Assembly (NCBI GenBank): GCA_036677445.1
Contig: JAVBWI010000027.1
Location: forward strand, 21,453-85,452
Direction of reading: 5' to 3'
Length of the DNA stretch: 64,000 nucleotides
From: Clostridia bacterium
GTDB lineage: Bacteria > Bacillota > Clostridia > Christensenellales > CAG-138
A program made the translations under genes and the position numbers. Positions 27,706 to 36,540 of this stretch are shown one piece after another. Below the pieces are notes generated by a model. The model was not told where the DNA came from. It was given only the letters and a program-made list of their open reading frames with translations, and ran no database searches. Numbering within the stretch: position 1 is the first letter of the stretch; each line of letters begins with the position of its first letter.

Positions 27706-28192
27706 TACCGAATCCTCCTATCTGGTCTTTGAGTATGCTGCGCCCCCGCGCAAGCCAGGACCCAACGGTGGATGGGTTGGCATGCAGGATCTGCGCGATT
27801 TCGGATATGGAGTATCCTTCGTAATAATGCAGGTGGACGGGCAGTCGATATTTTCTGTCCAGCTGCAGCACCGCGTTGAGCAGCGTAAAATCCTGCTGCG
27901 GCATGCCCGCAAGGTCCTCCGTCAGGGGAACGGTGTCCGAAAACCAGCGTGATTTTAACTGATCCTTGCATCGGTTGATCGTAGCGCGGATCAGCCATGC
28001 CTTCTCGTGCGCGGCGTCATGGAATAGGGGCGCCCTGCGCAGGTAGGCTAAGAATACCTCCTGTACGGCGTCCTCGGCGTCAGCAGTGTTCTTCATATAG
28101 GTGAAGGCGACCTTAAACAGGCTTTGGGAGTAAGCCGCCACTGCATTGCGGATGTTTTCATTGAGCTCGGATGAAACATACACGCCGTTCAT
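27695..28192 (-). CDS. ECF RNA polymerase sigma factor
   Basis: DAEDAVQEVF, KAWLIRATINRCKD, LHYYEGYSISEIAQIL..TVGSWLARGR; GAGGTG RBS. Confidence 0.92.
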   Translation of the reverse strand: MNGVYVSSELNENIRNAVAAYSQSLFKVAFTYMKNTADAEDAVQEVFLAYLRRAPLFHDAAHEKAWLIRATINRCKDQLKSRWFSDTVPLTEDLAGMPQQDFTLLNAVLQLDRKYRLPVHLHYYEGYSISEIAQILHANPSTVGSWLARGRSILKDQIGGFGNER

Positions 28193-28459
28193 CACCTCCT
28201 CACCAATAACACGATTAAGACTCCCCGTATTTCGCATGGAAATAAAATATATTCTTCCGGTATGCGGCAACCCCATACGGATATTGGCGGCACGGCATAA
28301 TTATATTATAAACGTCAACCCGGCGCGGTTTATGCGCAAGGCCGCCGCATGCGCAAAAAAAGATGGCGCCGCCGTTTGAGGCATTGCCATCCCAATCTTT
28401 TCGCTAACCGTCCCGGGGGTGAATCTTCCCGAACATGCCGTTCGGGCATTCATTTGGAA

Positions 28460-28705
28460 TTAATCTGAAACGTAGGGCAGAAGGGCAACGATACGGGCCC
28501 GCTTGATCGCGATAGCCAGCTCGCGCTGATGCTTCGCGCACACGCCGGACATCCGGCGAGGCATGATCTTGCCGCGCTCGGTGATGCACTTGCGCAGGCG
28601 TGCGGTATCCTTATAGTCGATATGCTCCATCTTATCCACGCAGAACTGACAGACCTTGCGCCTGCCCTTGCGTCCGCCGCGGGGACGCGCTTTACGTTCT
28701 TCCAT
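28460..28705 (-). CDS. rpsR: 30S ribosomal protein S18 (Zn-binding C+ form)
   Basis: [28 protein letters not shown]. Confidence 0.98.
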   Translation of the reverse strand: MEERKARPRGGRKGRRKVCQFCVDKMEHIDYKDTARLRKCITERGKIMPRRMSGVCAKHQRELAIAIKRARIVALLPYVSD

Positions 28706-28774
28706 GGGGTATTCCTCCTATTCTTGAGTCCTTGGGTGACGTGAACCCAACCGCAATTTGCGGCTGGCATCCAC

Positions 28775-29206
28775 TCAGAAGGGAAGCTCGTCCTCCCTGA
28801 TATTTTCGAAACCGGTAAGATCCTGCATGGAGGATGCGGCCTTTTGTCCGCCGCCCGCGGTATAGGCGGGCGCGCCGCCTTCCTGCTGGCCCTTGGGCGT
28901 GAGGAATTCGACCTCGTCCGCCGAAATATCCAGCGAGACGCGGGTAGCGCCATCCTTGGCTTCGTAAGTACGGGCCTGCAACTCGCCCACGACGGCCACT
29001 TTGCGGCCTTTGGCCAAAAATTTCTGGCAAGTCTCGCCGAGCTGCCGCCACGCATTGACGCGGAAATAATCCGTCTGCCGCTCGCCGCCCTGCGACGCAA
29101 AGCGGCGTGTTACCGCAACAGAGAAGGAGCACACGGAAACGCCGCCCGTAGTGGTGCGGGTCTCCGGGTCGTGCGTGAGGTTGCCGATAATGAAAATCTT
29201 ATTCAT
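28775..29206 (-). CDS. ssb: Single-stranded DNA-binding protein
   Basis: MNKIFIIGNLTHDPE, C-terminal ELPF, located between rpsF and rpsR. Confidence 0.98.
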   Translation of the reverse strand: MNKIFIIGNLTHDPETRTTTGGVSVCSFSVAVTRRFASQGGERQTDYFRVNAWRQLGETCQKFLAKGRKVAVVGELQARTYEAKDGATRVSLDISADEVEFLTPKGQQEGGAPAYTAGGGQKAASSMQDLTGFENIREDELPF

Positions 29207-29271
29207 GCTTCCACCTTCCTTTGTGGCTTTCGCTTCGCATGCAAATTTGCTTCCCGGCCGTCTAAAGGCGT

Positions 29272-29559
29272 TTACGCCTCTTTGCTGGTTACCATGTAGC
29301 GCAGTATGCTTTCGTCGTTCTTAAAGTTACGCTCGAGCTCTTTGGGGAACTCCGGCGCGCTGTTGAACGTCATCAGTACATAATAGCCTTCGGTTTTGTA
29401 ATCGATTGGATAAGCCAGGCGGGTCTTGCCCCATTCGTCGAGCTTCACTACTTCGCCGCCGTTGGTCGCCAAGATGTCGGAGTACTTCTGGATGCAGGCT
29501 TTTGTCGCCTCTTCCTCAAGTTCCGGCGTGATGATATAGAGCACTTCGTATGCGTTCAC
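29272..29559 (-). CDS. rpsF: 30S ribosomal protein S6
   Basis: YEVLYII, EWGKTRLAYPI, GYYVLMTF, ILRY; GTG start after AGGAGGTG. Confidence 0.97.
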   Translation of the reverse strand: MNAYEVLYIITPELEEEATKACIQKYSDILATNGGEVVKLDEWGKTRLAYPIDYKTEGYYVLMTFNSAPEFPKELERNFKNDESILRYMVTSKEA

Positions 29560-29565
29560 GCATAT

Positions 29566-29619
29566 CACCTCCTTATGGTCTAAAGTGGCCCGGCATCCTT
29601 GTGCCGGGCAAGAAGGACG
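29566..29619 (-). promoter_or_regulatory. rpsF leader RNA (S6:S18-binding autoregulatory element)
   Basis: Minus strand UCCUU..GCCCGGCA-loop-UGCCGGGC CAC..CCAUAAGGAGG: a hairpin plus anti-SD pairing at the known position. Confidence 0.65.
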
Positions 29620-29816
29620 TTAGCAACAGGTATTGTAACACAGTATTGCGCGGCATGCAAGAAAAACCACGGGAAAAGGGCGTGTTTTTCTTGATTTTGC
29701 AATTATTTGTTTACTTTCGCCCTGTTGGTCGGTATACTCAACTTGTCACGTTATGTCCTTTCAAGGGGCTTTGTACCGGATCATACATGGCCTTCTACAG
29801 GGATTGGGGGAGCATC

Positions 29817-31742
29817 ATGGATTGGAACTACATTCCAGAGATCATATCCATATGTGTTCTTGCGGTCATTCTGGTATTCCATCACAAAACCATTTATGTC
29901 CGAACACGCAGGGACAAGCTGTTTGTGCGCTGTATCTGGACGTCTATTATCGCCATGCTCCTCAATATCCTCTCCCTGATTGCCATCATAGAGGCGAAGG
30001 AAGTTCCCTTTTGGCTGAACCTTTTGATCAACGACCTGTTTTTCAGCTTCTCGCCGCTCATTGTGGTCACGTTCGGGGAATATTGGCTTTACCTTGTATT
30101 CGAGGATACGCAGCAGCATGCGTATTACCGCTTCGGCAGGTATTATCTGTATGTGTTTGCCGCCCTGATGGTACTTGGGACCGTCGTCAACCATTTCACG
30201 CCCATACTGTACTATTTCGACGAGAACCTGCAATATCGGGCAGGAACGGCGGCCTTTGTGCCGGTCGTTCTTGTGTTAAGCTGCATCGGCGTGGCGGCGG
30301 CGGGGCTCATACTGAACAAAAACAACGTACAAAAATCCATACGCGGGGCGCTCTTTGCCGTACCGGCGGTCGTAGCTGCCATCATTCTTATTCAGCAGCT
30401 TTTGCCCGGCATGCAGCTGATAGGTACGGCGCTGATGATCGGCGTGCTGCTGATCTATTTGAGCTTTCACAGCAACTCCGTCGCTTATGACAAGCTGACG
30501 GACTGCCTCAACAAGGATTCCCTTTATCTTGCGCTGCGCCGTAACTATCCGCTTGCGCCGCCCCGCGCGTTTCTTATGGTAACAATGAGCAACTATCCGG
30601 TGATACGAAACGAATATGGCCACCAGATGATGGACGAGCTTATAAGCGCCGTATCCACCTACCTGAAGCAGGTGTACGGTCCGTCGCACACGTACCGTAT
30701 CGGGGAGGATACGTTTGTCTGCGCCATGCTGGAGCATGTGGGCATCCGCTGCATGGAAGAAACGTATTCGCACCTCAACGCCGACTGGCTTGTCGGCGGC
30801 GTGCTCTGCCGGGTGGACTGCGCCGTCGCCTGCTATGAGGTTCTCGATATCGGCATGCTGACGCCGGATATGCTTTCCTACCTGAAATATGCCATTTCCA
30901 AAGCCGAAAACGGCGGCAGCCACGGCGTAATTCCCTGCAACCCGGAGCTTATGGCGGAATACGAGCGGGAGAAGCAGATCGCGCTGCAATTGAAGGAAGC
31001 CATCAAGAACGGCGCGTTCTCGCTGTTCTTCGACCCCATCTGCAAAGTAAGCGACGAAAAGCTTTCCATCGTCGGCGCGGATTGCGGCATCGGCTTCCGG
31101 TTCGCAGAGGGCGGCTCCTTTTCCTATGAGCAGATACTGCCGGTGGCCGAGCGGTACAACCTGCTCAACCCCATCAACGAGCTGATACTCCAGCGTGCCT
31201 GCGCATTCCAGAGGCGGCTCAACACCATGGGCCTTGGGGATATTTTGCTGTTTTGCGAGATCACGCAGACGCAGCTGCGTTCTGAAAGCATCATCTCGAG
31301 GCTTCGCAATATCATAGAGGACGAGCACGCCGACCCCGACCGCATCAAGCTGCAGCTGGGCGGGCAAACCGTCTGCATCGGCCTTCGCGTACGTGAAAAC
31401 CTTGAGCTGCTTTACCGGAGCGGCATCGGCGTGTGCCTGAAGGATACCGGGCGCAGCAACCTGGACGACCTTCTGACCACGCCCTTTGCCTATGTTAAGC
31501 TGGATGAAGCGGCGCTTTTCAGCATGGGGTTAAGCTCCCGGCTCAACGCGTTCTTCCGGCTGGCGCTGTCCTTCTTTTCGCAGTTTGGCACCACCGTTAT
31601 CGCAAGGAATGTGATTTCCACCGAGCACATACTCTACCTTGAATCGCACGGCATCGAGTACGTACAGGGCGCGGGCGTATCCGCGCCGCTGCTGGAGGCG
31701 GATTTTATCGTACGGCTCAAGGCAGAACGGGAAATGTATTAA
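29817..31742 (+). CDS. Membrane protein with degenerate GGDEF and EAL domains
   Basis: Multi-TM N-terminus; YDKLTDCLN, YRIGEDTF (GGDEF position), FDPI..GADC (EAL position), YVKLD, YVQG; GGGGAG RBS. Confidence 0.8.
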   Translation: MDWNYIPEIISICVLAVILVFHHKTIYVRTRRDKLFVRCIWTSIIAMLLNILSLIAIIEAKEVPFWLNLLINDLFFSFSPLIVVTFGEYWLYLVFEDTQQHAYYRFGRYYLYVFAALMVLGTVVNHFTPILYYFDENLQYRAGTAAFVPVVLVLSCIGVAAAGLILNKNNVQKSIRGALFAVPAVVAAIILIQQLLPGMQLIGTALMIGVLLIYLSFHSNSVAYDKLTDCLNKDSLYLALRRNYPLAPPRAFLMVTMSNYPVIRNEYGHQMMDELISAVSTYLKQVYGPSHTYRIGEDTFVCAMLEHVGIRCMEETYSHLNADWLVGGVLCRVDCAVACYEVLDIGMLTPDMLSYLKYAISKAENGGSHGVIPCNPELMAEYEREKQIALQLKEAIKNGAFSLFFDPICKVSDEKLSIVGADCGIGFRFAEGGSFSYEQILPVAERYNLLNPINELILQRACAFQRRLNTMGLGDILLFCEITQTQLRSESIISRLRNIIEDEHADPDRIKLQLGGQTVCIGLRVRENLELLYRSGIGVCLKDTGRSNLDDLLTTPFAYVKLDEAALFSMGLSSRLNAFFRLALSFFSQFGTTVIARNVISTEHILYLESHGIEYVQGAGVSAPLLEADFIVRLKAEREMY

Positions 31743-31744
31743 TG

Positions 31745-31972
31745 TGTCGAAAAAGTGCCTTGCGGCACTTTTTCGAGGATTACAGGAACAACCTGTGCCT
31801 ACGGCGACGGCGACGGCCCGCAGGCCTAGTGTCCGAGGCGTCTCCCGCCGAGGACCGGCGGTTCCTGAGAGGAAAGCCTTGCGACGCAAGGCTTTACGCC
31901 GCCACCGCACATGTCGCTCTTCGGCGGTTCTTAAGCCTCCGGGAGCTGTGGCCCCCGAAGGGGTCTTTGACA
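31745..31972. repeat. Family A repeat, copy 2
   Basis: TGTCGAAAAAGTGCC..GGCACTTTTTCGA...CTTTGACA; long identical blocks shared with 54333-54570. Confidence 0.92.
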
Positions 31973-32015
31973 AGCAAAGGCCGCAGACTGATATAGTCGG
32001 CGGCCTTTGTTGCTT
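31973..32015. terminator. Bidirectional terminator-like hairpin
   Basis: AGCAAAGGCCGC..GCGGCCTTTGTTGCT between convergent genes. Confidence 0.65.
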
Positions 32016-32016
32016 T

Positions 32017-33279
32017 TTACCCGAACATTATACACACGGCGCTTAAGTACCCTTCCCGTCCGTTGGCGACAGCCTTATACCAGCTGCCGGCGACTTCGAG
32101 CAGGGTAAGCTCCGTGCCCTCTCCGAGTTCCGCAATTACGCCATAACTGGTGCCGGGGCCGCTGCGGAAATTGGCAATGATGCCGGGCTTGACCCAGGCT
32201 GTCGCATTGACGGGGACGGAGGGCGCCGTAACGGTGCCGCCCGTGCCGGAGGTACCTGCCGTCAGGTACTTCACGCGCACGTAACCGAAGGTATCCCCCA
32301 GCCTTGCGGTGAGCCAGTATTTATCCGCCGTACCGATGACCTCTACCGCCGCTCCCTTTTCATAGGTGCCCAGCGTAGCCGCGCTTGTGCTGGGCGACTG
32401 GTAGAGATACGTTTTATCCTTGGCGACGTAGCTCGCATGCACCGGCTGCGTCGCGTCGGGGTTCATCAGCAGGTAACGGGTCTGTACATAGCCGAGCTTC
32501 CCTTTGGAGGTTTCCACCTTGCACCAGTCAGGCCCCATTTGCAGCACTTTGACCGTGGCGCCCGCGGAAAGCGTTACGACGGTCGTATCCTTGGTGGAGG
32601 AGAAGCCTGTACGCACCGGCACGTTGGAAACCATGACCGTAGCGGCCACAATGGCGGGATCCTCCTTATAATCGGCGGGCTGCTTATAGCTGCCGTAGCT
32701 GACCTTTTTCGCCTGCAGGGCTTTAATTAGCGCTTCGTTCTTGGCGCGGTTTTTCGAGATGACGCAGGTGGTGCCCGGCGGGCAATTGTAGAATATCCAT
32801 TTCGCATGGTCGGGAAGCACGCGCACGCAGCCGTGGGAGAGCGCCTTGCCCAAACCGTTGTACGCGCTTTTGGACATATCCGTAATGCTCTTGCTGTCAT
32901 ACATGACCGAATGGATATAGACGCCGCGCACAACCTGTGACCAATACTGCGCATACTGGCCATACGCCACAAAATACCCGAAGCGCTCCTTCAGATGCCC
33001 AAGCTTATACGTGCCCGAACCCGTCGGATTTTCGGCGTTGCCCGTGGTGCACAACCCCTGCAGCACGATCTTGTCGTACAGGCCGGTACTGCTCTTTTCG
33101 TACACGGTGATGACCTGATTGATAAGGTCGATATCGATCTGATAGCGGCTGGGATCGGTGTTGTCGTAATCCACCTTGCTGGTGTAGCCGGATAGCACCT
33201 TGGCCTCTGCCGTTTGGGCGGGCAGTAGCGCGGCACACAGCAATACCACCGCCACCAGACCCGTCAAAACACGTTTCAT
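32017..33279 (-). CDS. L,D-transpeptidase with three SH3 domains
   Basis: Signal peptide; IDIDLINQ, YIHS..SHGCVRV catalytic motif; SH3b-like repeats (NFRSGPGTSYGVI, GREGYL). Confidence 0.9.
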   Translation of the reverse strand: MKRVLTGLVAVVLLCAALLPAQTAEAKVLSGYTSKVDYDNTDPSRYQIDIDLINQVITVYEKSSTGLYDKIVLQGLCTTGNAENPTGSGTYKLGHLKERFGYFVAYGQYAQYWSQVVRGVYIHSVMYDSKSITDMSKSAYNGLGKALSHGCVRVLPDHAKWIFYNCPPGTTCVISKNRAKNEALIKALQAKKVSYGSYKQPADYKEDPAIVAATVMVSNVPVRTGFSSTKDTTVVTLSAGATVKVLQMGPDWCKVETSKGKLGYVQTRYLLMNPDATQPVHASYVAKDKTYLYQSPSTSAATLGTYEKGAAVEVIGTADKYWLTARLGDTFGYVRVKYLTAGTSGTGGTVTAPSVPVNATAWVKPGIIANFRSGPGTSYGVIAELGEGTELTLLEVAGSWYKAVANGREGYLSAVCIMFG

Positions 33280-33483
33280 ATGGCATCGTCCTCCTAAATT
33301 TGTCATTCGCCGGGAAGCCCGGCGCGGCTTCTTTTACTGTATCAAGTATAGACGGCCGGGACAAGCCTTTCGCATGTTTCCCTTACGTTTTAACAAAAAG
33401 TTCATGTTTACGCAAAACACACGGCGTATAGTGTGCTTACGCATAATGCGCCGCTTGCAGAGCATAGGCTGTTGCGGGAGGGA

Positions 33484-34485
33484 ATGCCCTTGCCAAAACG
33501 CATATGGACAGGAGTTTTTTGCATGTGTGTCGCCTTGTGTATCGGCCGCATACTGCTAATTGGCCTTGCGCCGTGCGGCGGGCGCACCGTTCTGCCCGCC
33601 GCGCCGTATACCGGTGCAGAGCTCAGGGCGGATCTGCAGGCGCTGCAGCAAAAGTACCCCGAAGCGCTGGAAATCGAAACCATCGGCTATTCGCGGGAGG
33701 GTCGGGCGCTGTACGCCGCGCGCGCGGGCAGCCGGAGCGCCAGGCATCACGTGCTGATACAGGCGGGCATCCATGCCAGGGAACATATGACCAGCCTGCT
33801 TGTCATGGCGCAGCTCGAGCGCCTGCTGCAGCGCGGCGTGCCGGAGGACTTTTGCTTTCATATGCTGCCCGGTACAAACCCGGACGGCGCGGCCATCAGC
33901 CAGACCTGCGCGGCTTCCGCCGCGGTCAAGGCCATCTATTGCGACGACCGCGCGGCGGGTTTCACCGATTTGCCTCTCGGCGAGTATCTGCGCGAGTGGA
34001 AGGCCAATGCCGTTGGCGTGGATTTAAACCGCAATTTTGACGCCGGATGGCAGCTGATCGACACACGGCCCGGCCCCTCCTCCGCCAACTACCGTGGTAC
34101 GTCGCCCGAAAGCGAGCCGGAAACGCAGGCGCTGGTTTCCTATACGCTGCGCTTCCCCTTTGACGCGACGCTCAGCTACCACGCCACCGGCAGCGAGATA
34201 TACTACGATTTCGGCTGCAACGCGCCCGTCAACGAGGCGGGGTTGTCATTGGCGCGCTCTATCAATCGCCGCACGCGCTACAAGCTGGTGCCGGATGACG
34301 GGACTTCCTTTGGCGGCTATAAGGATTGGGCCATACAGGCGCTCTGTATCCCGTCGCTCACCGTAGAGATCGGCGTCTCGCCCGCGCCGCTGCCGCTAAG
34401 CGAGTACGCCGCCATCTGGCGCAAAAACCGCGATGTGCCATTTATCGTTGCGAAGTGGGTGAGGCAAAGGGAAAACAAACCTTGA
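33484..34485 (+). CDS. M14 zinc carboxypeptidase (gamma-D-glutamyl-meso-DAP peptidase-like)
   Basis: GIHARE, NPDG, WKANAVGVDLNRNFDAGW, SEPET, SYH, TVEIG; N-terminal hydrophobic anchor. Confidence 0.88.
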   Translation: MPLPKRIWTGVFCMCVALCIGRILLIGLAPCGGRTVLPAAPYTGAELRADLQALQQKYPEALEIETIGYSREGRALYAARAGSRSARHHVLIQAGIHAREHMTSLLVMAQLERLLQRGVPEDFCFHMLPGTNPDGAAISQTCAASAAVKAIYCDDRAAGFTDLPLGEYLREWKANAVGVDLNRNFDAGWQLIDTRPGPSSANYRGTSPESEPETQALVSYTLRFPFDATLSYHATGSEIYYDFGCNAPVNEAGLSLARSINRRTRYKLVPDDGTSFGGYKDWAIQALCIPSLTVEIGVSPAPLPLSEYAAIWRKNRDVPFIVAKWVRQRENKP

Positions 34486-34637
34486 CTTGCTTTACAAAGC
34501 ATAGCCCGTCGCCTTTATGAAGGCCGATGAAAACGCGAATTGGACAAGCAGAGTCCGCGCCTACCTGCCGCAGCTTTCATTTTTTACGAACCTTGCAGCA
34601 AAACCGCATCCATCTGCGTCATATAAGCAGCCGGGCA

Positions 34638-35189
34638 ATGGGGAAGAAAAAGCCCGGCGTGCCGGGGGTATTCATTCTGCGGGACGAACGCTTTGAAGCA
34701 TTGTACACGGCCTGCTCTCCCATGGTGTATTGGACTGCGTACGGGCTGACCAACAACCACCACACCGCCTTGGAACTCACACAAACGGTATTTTTAAAAG
34801 CGTTTGTGCGGTGGGATACGGTTAACGCGCTTGCGCCCCCGCAGGCAAGAAGCTGGCTTTACCGCGCGGCAAAGAACGCGGCCATTGACCGTATGCGGCA
34901 TGAGCGGCGCGAGCTTGCTGCGGAATGCGTGCCCGAACGCGAGGATATGGACGTAAGCGCCCTGCCCGAAGCCGCGCTGCTGCAAACGGAAACAACAGAG
35001 GCCGTATGGGCGGAAGTGGACGCCCTGCCCAAAGTGTACCGGGAGGCCGTAGTGCTGCATTATTTTGCCGACCTCACGCAAAAAGAGGCGGCGGAGGCGC
35101 TCATGGTTTCCGGGGGCACATACCGTTCCCGCCTGACCCGTGCGCGGGAGCTTTTAACATCCGCTTTAGGAAAGGAGGAGGCGCTATGA
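34638..35189 (+). CDS. ECF RNA polymerase sigma factor (start uncertain)
   Basis: ELTQTVFLKAF, RSWLYRAAKNAAID, REAVVLHYFADLTQKEAAEAL..GTYRSRLTRAR. Confidence 0.88.
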   Translation: MGKKKPGVPGVFILRDERFEALYTACSPMVYWTAYGLTNNHHTALELTQTVFLKAFVRWDTVNALAPPQARSWLYRAAKNAAIDRMRHERRELAAECVPEREDMDVSALPEAALLQTETTEAVWAEVDALPKVYREAVVLHYFADLTQKEAAEALMVSGGTYRSRLTRARELLTSALGKEEAL

Positions 35190-36052
35190 AAGATCAAGTG
35201 CAGCTGGACGAACTGCTGTACAACACGGCGGCGGCAAAAACAAACGCCCTGCCGCTTGCGGATATGCTCGCCCGCGTATACCGCGAGGCGGAGCAGGAAA
35301 AGCGGAAAGCGCGGCAAATGCCTCCCTTCAGGCGCATACTTCTCCCTGCGGCGGCGGCTTGCGCGGCGCTCCTGATCGTTTCCTTTCTGGCCCGCACCGT
35401 AGTAGTGGAAGGAAAAACGTATGTTGCATGGAACGGGGCGGTGGAAATAGACGGCGTTACGCACCGGATGGATGCATCTTCGGAAAAGACGGCGCTCAGG
35501 CGGCTGTTTGATACCAATCAGTATGTGATTGCGGACGATCCTTCGCCCACGGGGGATATCATGGTGTTCCCGCCGGAAGCAAAAGAGCAGAAGACCAAAC
35601 AGGAAACGAAGGTTAAGTATATACAGAAGGCGGTGTCCATGGAGCCTGTTACCGTATACCCCGTCATCGGCGACCTTGTGGTGCGGGAAGGACCGGATAC
35701 CGCGTATGCGGAGCTTGCGGAACTATACAGCGGCCAGTGCGTAAAGAAGGTTGGCATGTACGGCAGATGGGCCATTATTGAGTGGAACGGCGCGCTCGCC
35801 TACGCATTTGACGCGTATCTTTTTGAAGCGCCGGAAGAAATCCCCTCTTATCCGCCGGTAAAGCGGTACGCCACGGAGCCCGTCAATGTGCGCGCGCTGC
35901 CGACAAGCAGGGAGGAATCCGCCGTGCTTTACGAATTGCGGACAAATGAACCCGTTTCCTGTACCGGCGTGATCGGGGAATGGGCGCAGATCGAATGGAA
36001 GGGCGGCACGGCGTACGTGTTTACAAAATACCTCAAAAGCAGCGCGTTCTAG
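35186..36052 (+). CDS. Putative anti-sigma factor: single TM plus two extracellular SH3b domains
   Basis: ATGA-coupled to sigma; TM ILLPAAAACAALLIVSFL; LVVREGPDTAY..WAIIEWNG..Y and VNVRALP..WAQIEWKGGTAYV. Confidence 0.75.
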   Translation: MKDQVQLDELLYNTAAAKTNALPLADMLARVYREAEQEKRKARQMPPFRRILLPAAAACAALLIVSFLARTVVVEGKTYVAWNGAVEIDGVTHRMDASSEKTALRRLFDTNQYVIADDPSPTGDIMVFPPEAKEQKTKQETKVKYIQKAVSMEPVTVYPVIGDLVVREGPDTAYAELAELYSGQCVKKVGMYGRWAIIEWNGALAYAFDAYLFEAPEEIPSYPPVKRYATEPVNVRALPTSREESAVLYELRTNEPVSCTGVIGEWAQIEWKGGTAYVFTKYLKSSAF

Positions 36053-36074
36053 CGTCCGCCCAGCCGATTTCCGC

Positions 36075-36103
36075 TTTACAAACCCGCGCGCGCCCGTTAT
36101 AAT
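36075..36103 (+). promoter_or_regulatory. sigma-A promoter of the ileS leader
   Basis: TTTACA-17 bp-TATAAT. Confidence 0.75.
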
Positions 36104-36109
36104 AAAGGC

Positions 36110-36388
36110 TGATTAAAGCGTGGATTGGGATGAGTAGGGTCCGGGTTTCCCTCACAAGCGAGCCGCGGGCGGTGTAAGCGCGGCGGAGCGGAAGGACCTG
36201 AATATCACCCATGAGTGGCCGGGCGAAACGGAGGGCGCAGCCTTTTACGAAGTAAGCCGGCACGGGATCGCCCGTTATCGCGATGGCGCGTTATTGCGCG
36301 CACAAAATGAGCGGACGCACAAAGCTGCGTCAACTCGGGTGGTACCGCGTGGAAGTAAAGCCGCGTCCCGATTGGGACGCGGCTTTTT
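36110..36388 (+). promoter_or_regulatory. T-box riboswitch (Ile specifier AUC)
   Basis: AGTA box, GAATATCAC with ATC at 36204-36206, T-box GGGTGGTACCGCG (36337-36349), terminator AAGCCGCGTCCC..GGGACGCGGCTTTTT. Confidence 0.93.
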
Positions 36389-36540
36389 GCATGTCGGCAA
36401 AGTGCCAACCGGCACTTTGCCGAGGCTCACTGTCAATGCATAAATGAACTTGGTATTTATGGTTAAGGTTTGCGATAGTCTGCATTTTATGTAAACTACG
36501 GTAAGCAATAATCGGTAAGCAACCGTTAAGGAGGATGCGC

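Noticed and set aside
28400-28450. c-di-AMP (ydaO) riboswitch-like words GGGGGTGAATC and CCCGAAC
   Set aside because: Only fragments; the rest of the motif is missing and no plus-strand gene lies downstream. The hairpin is more simply the end of the rpsR transcript.
31530-32046. Small ORFs with similar peptides here and at 54298-54824 and 44187-44529
   Set aside because: The similarity comes from translating the family A DNA repeat; no RBS or protein motif.
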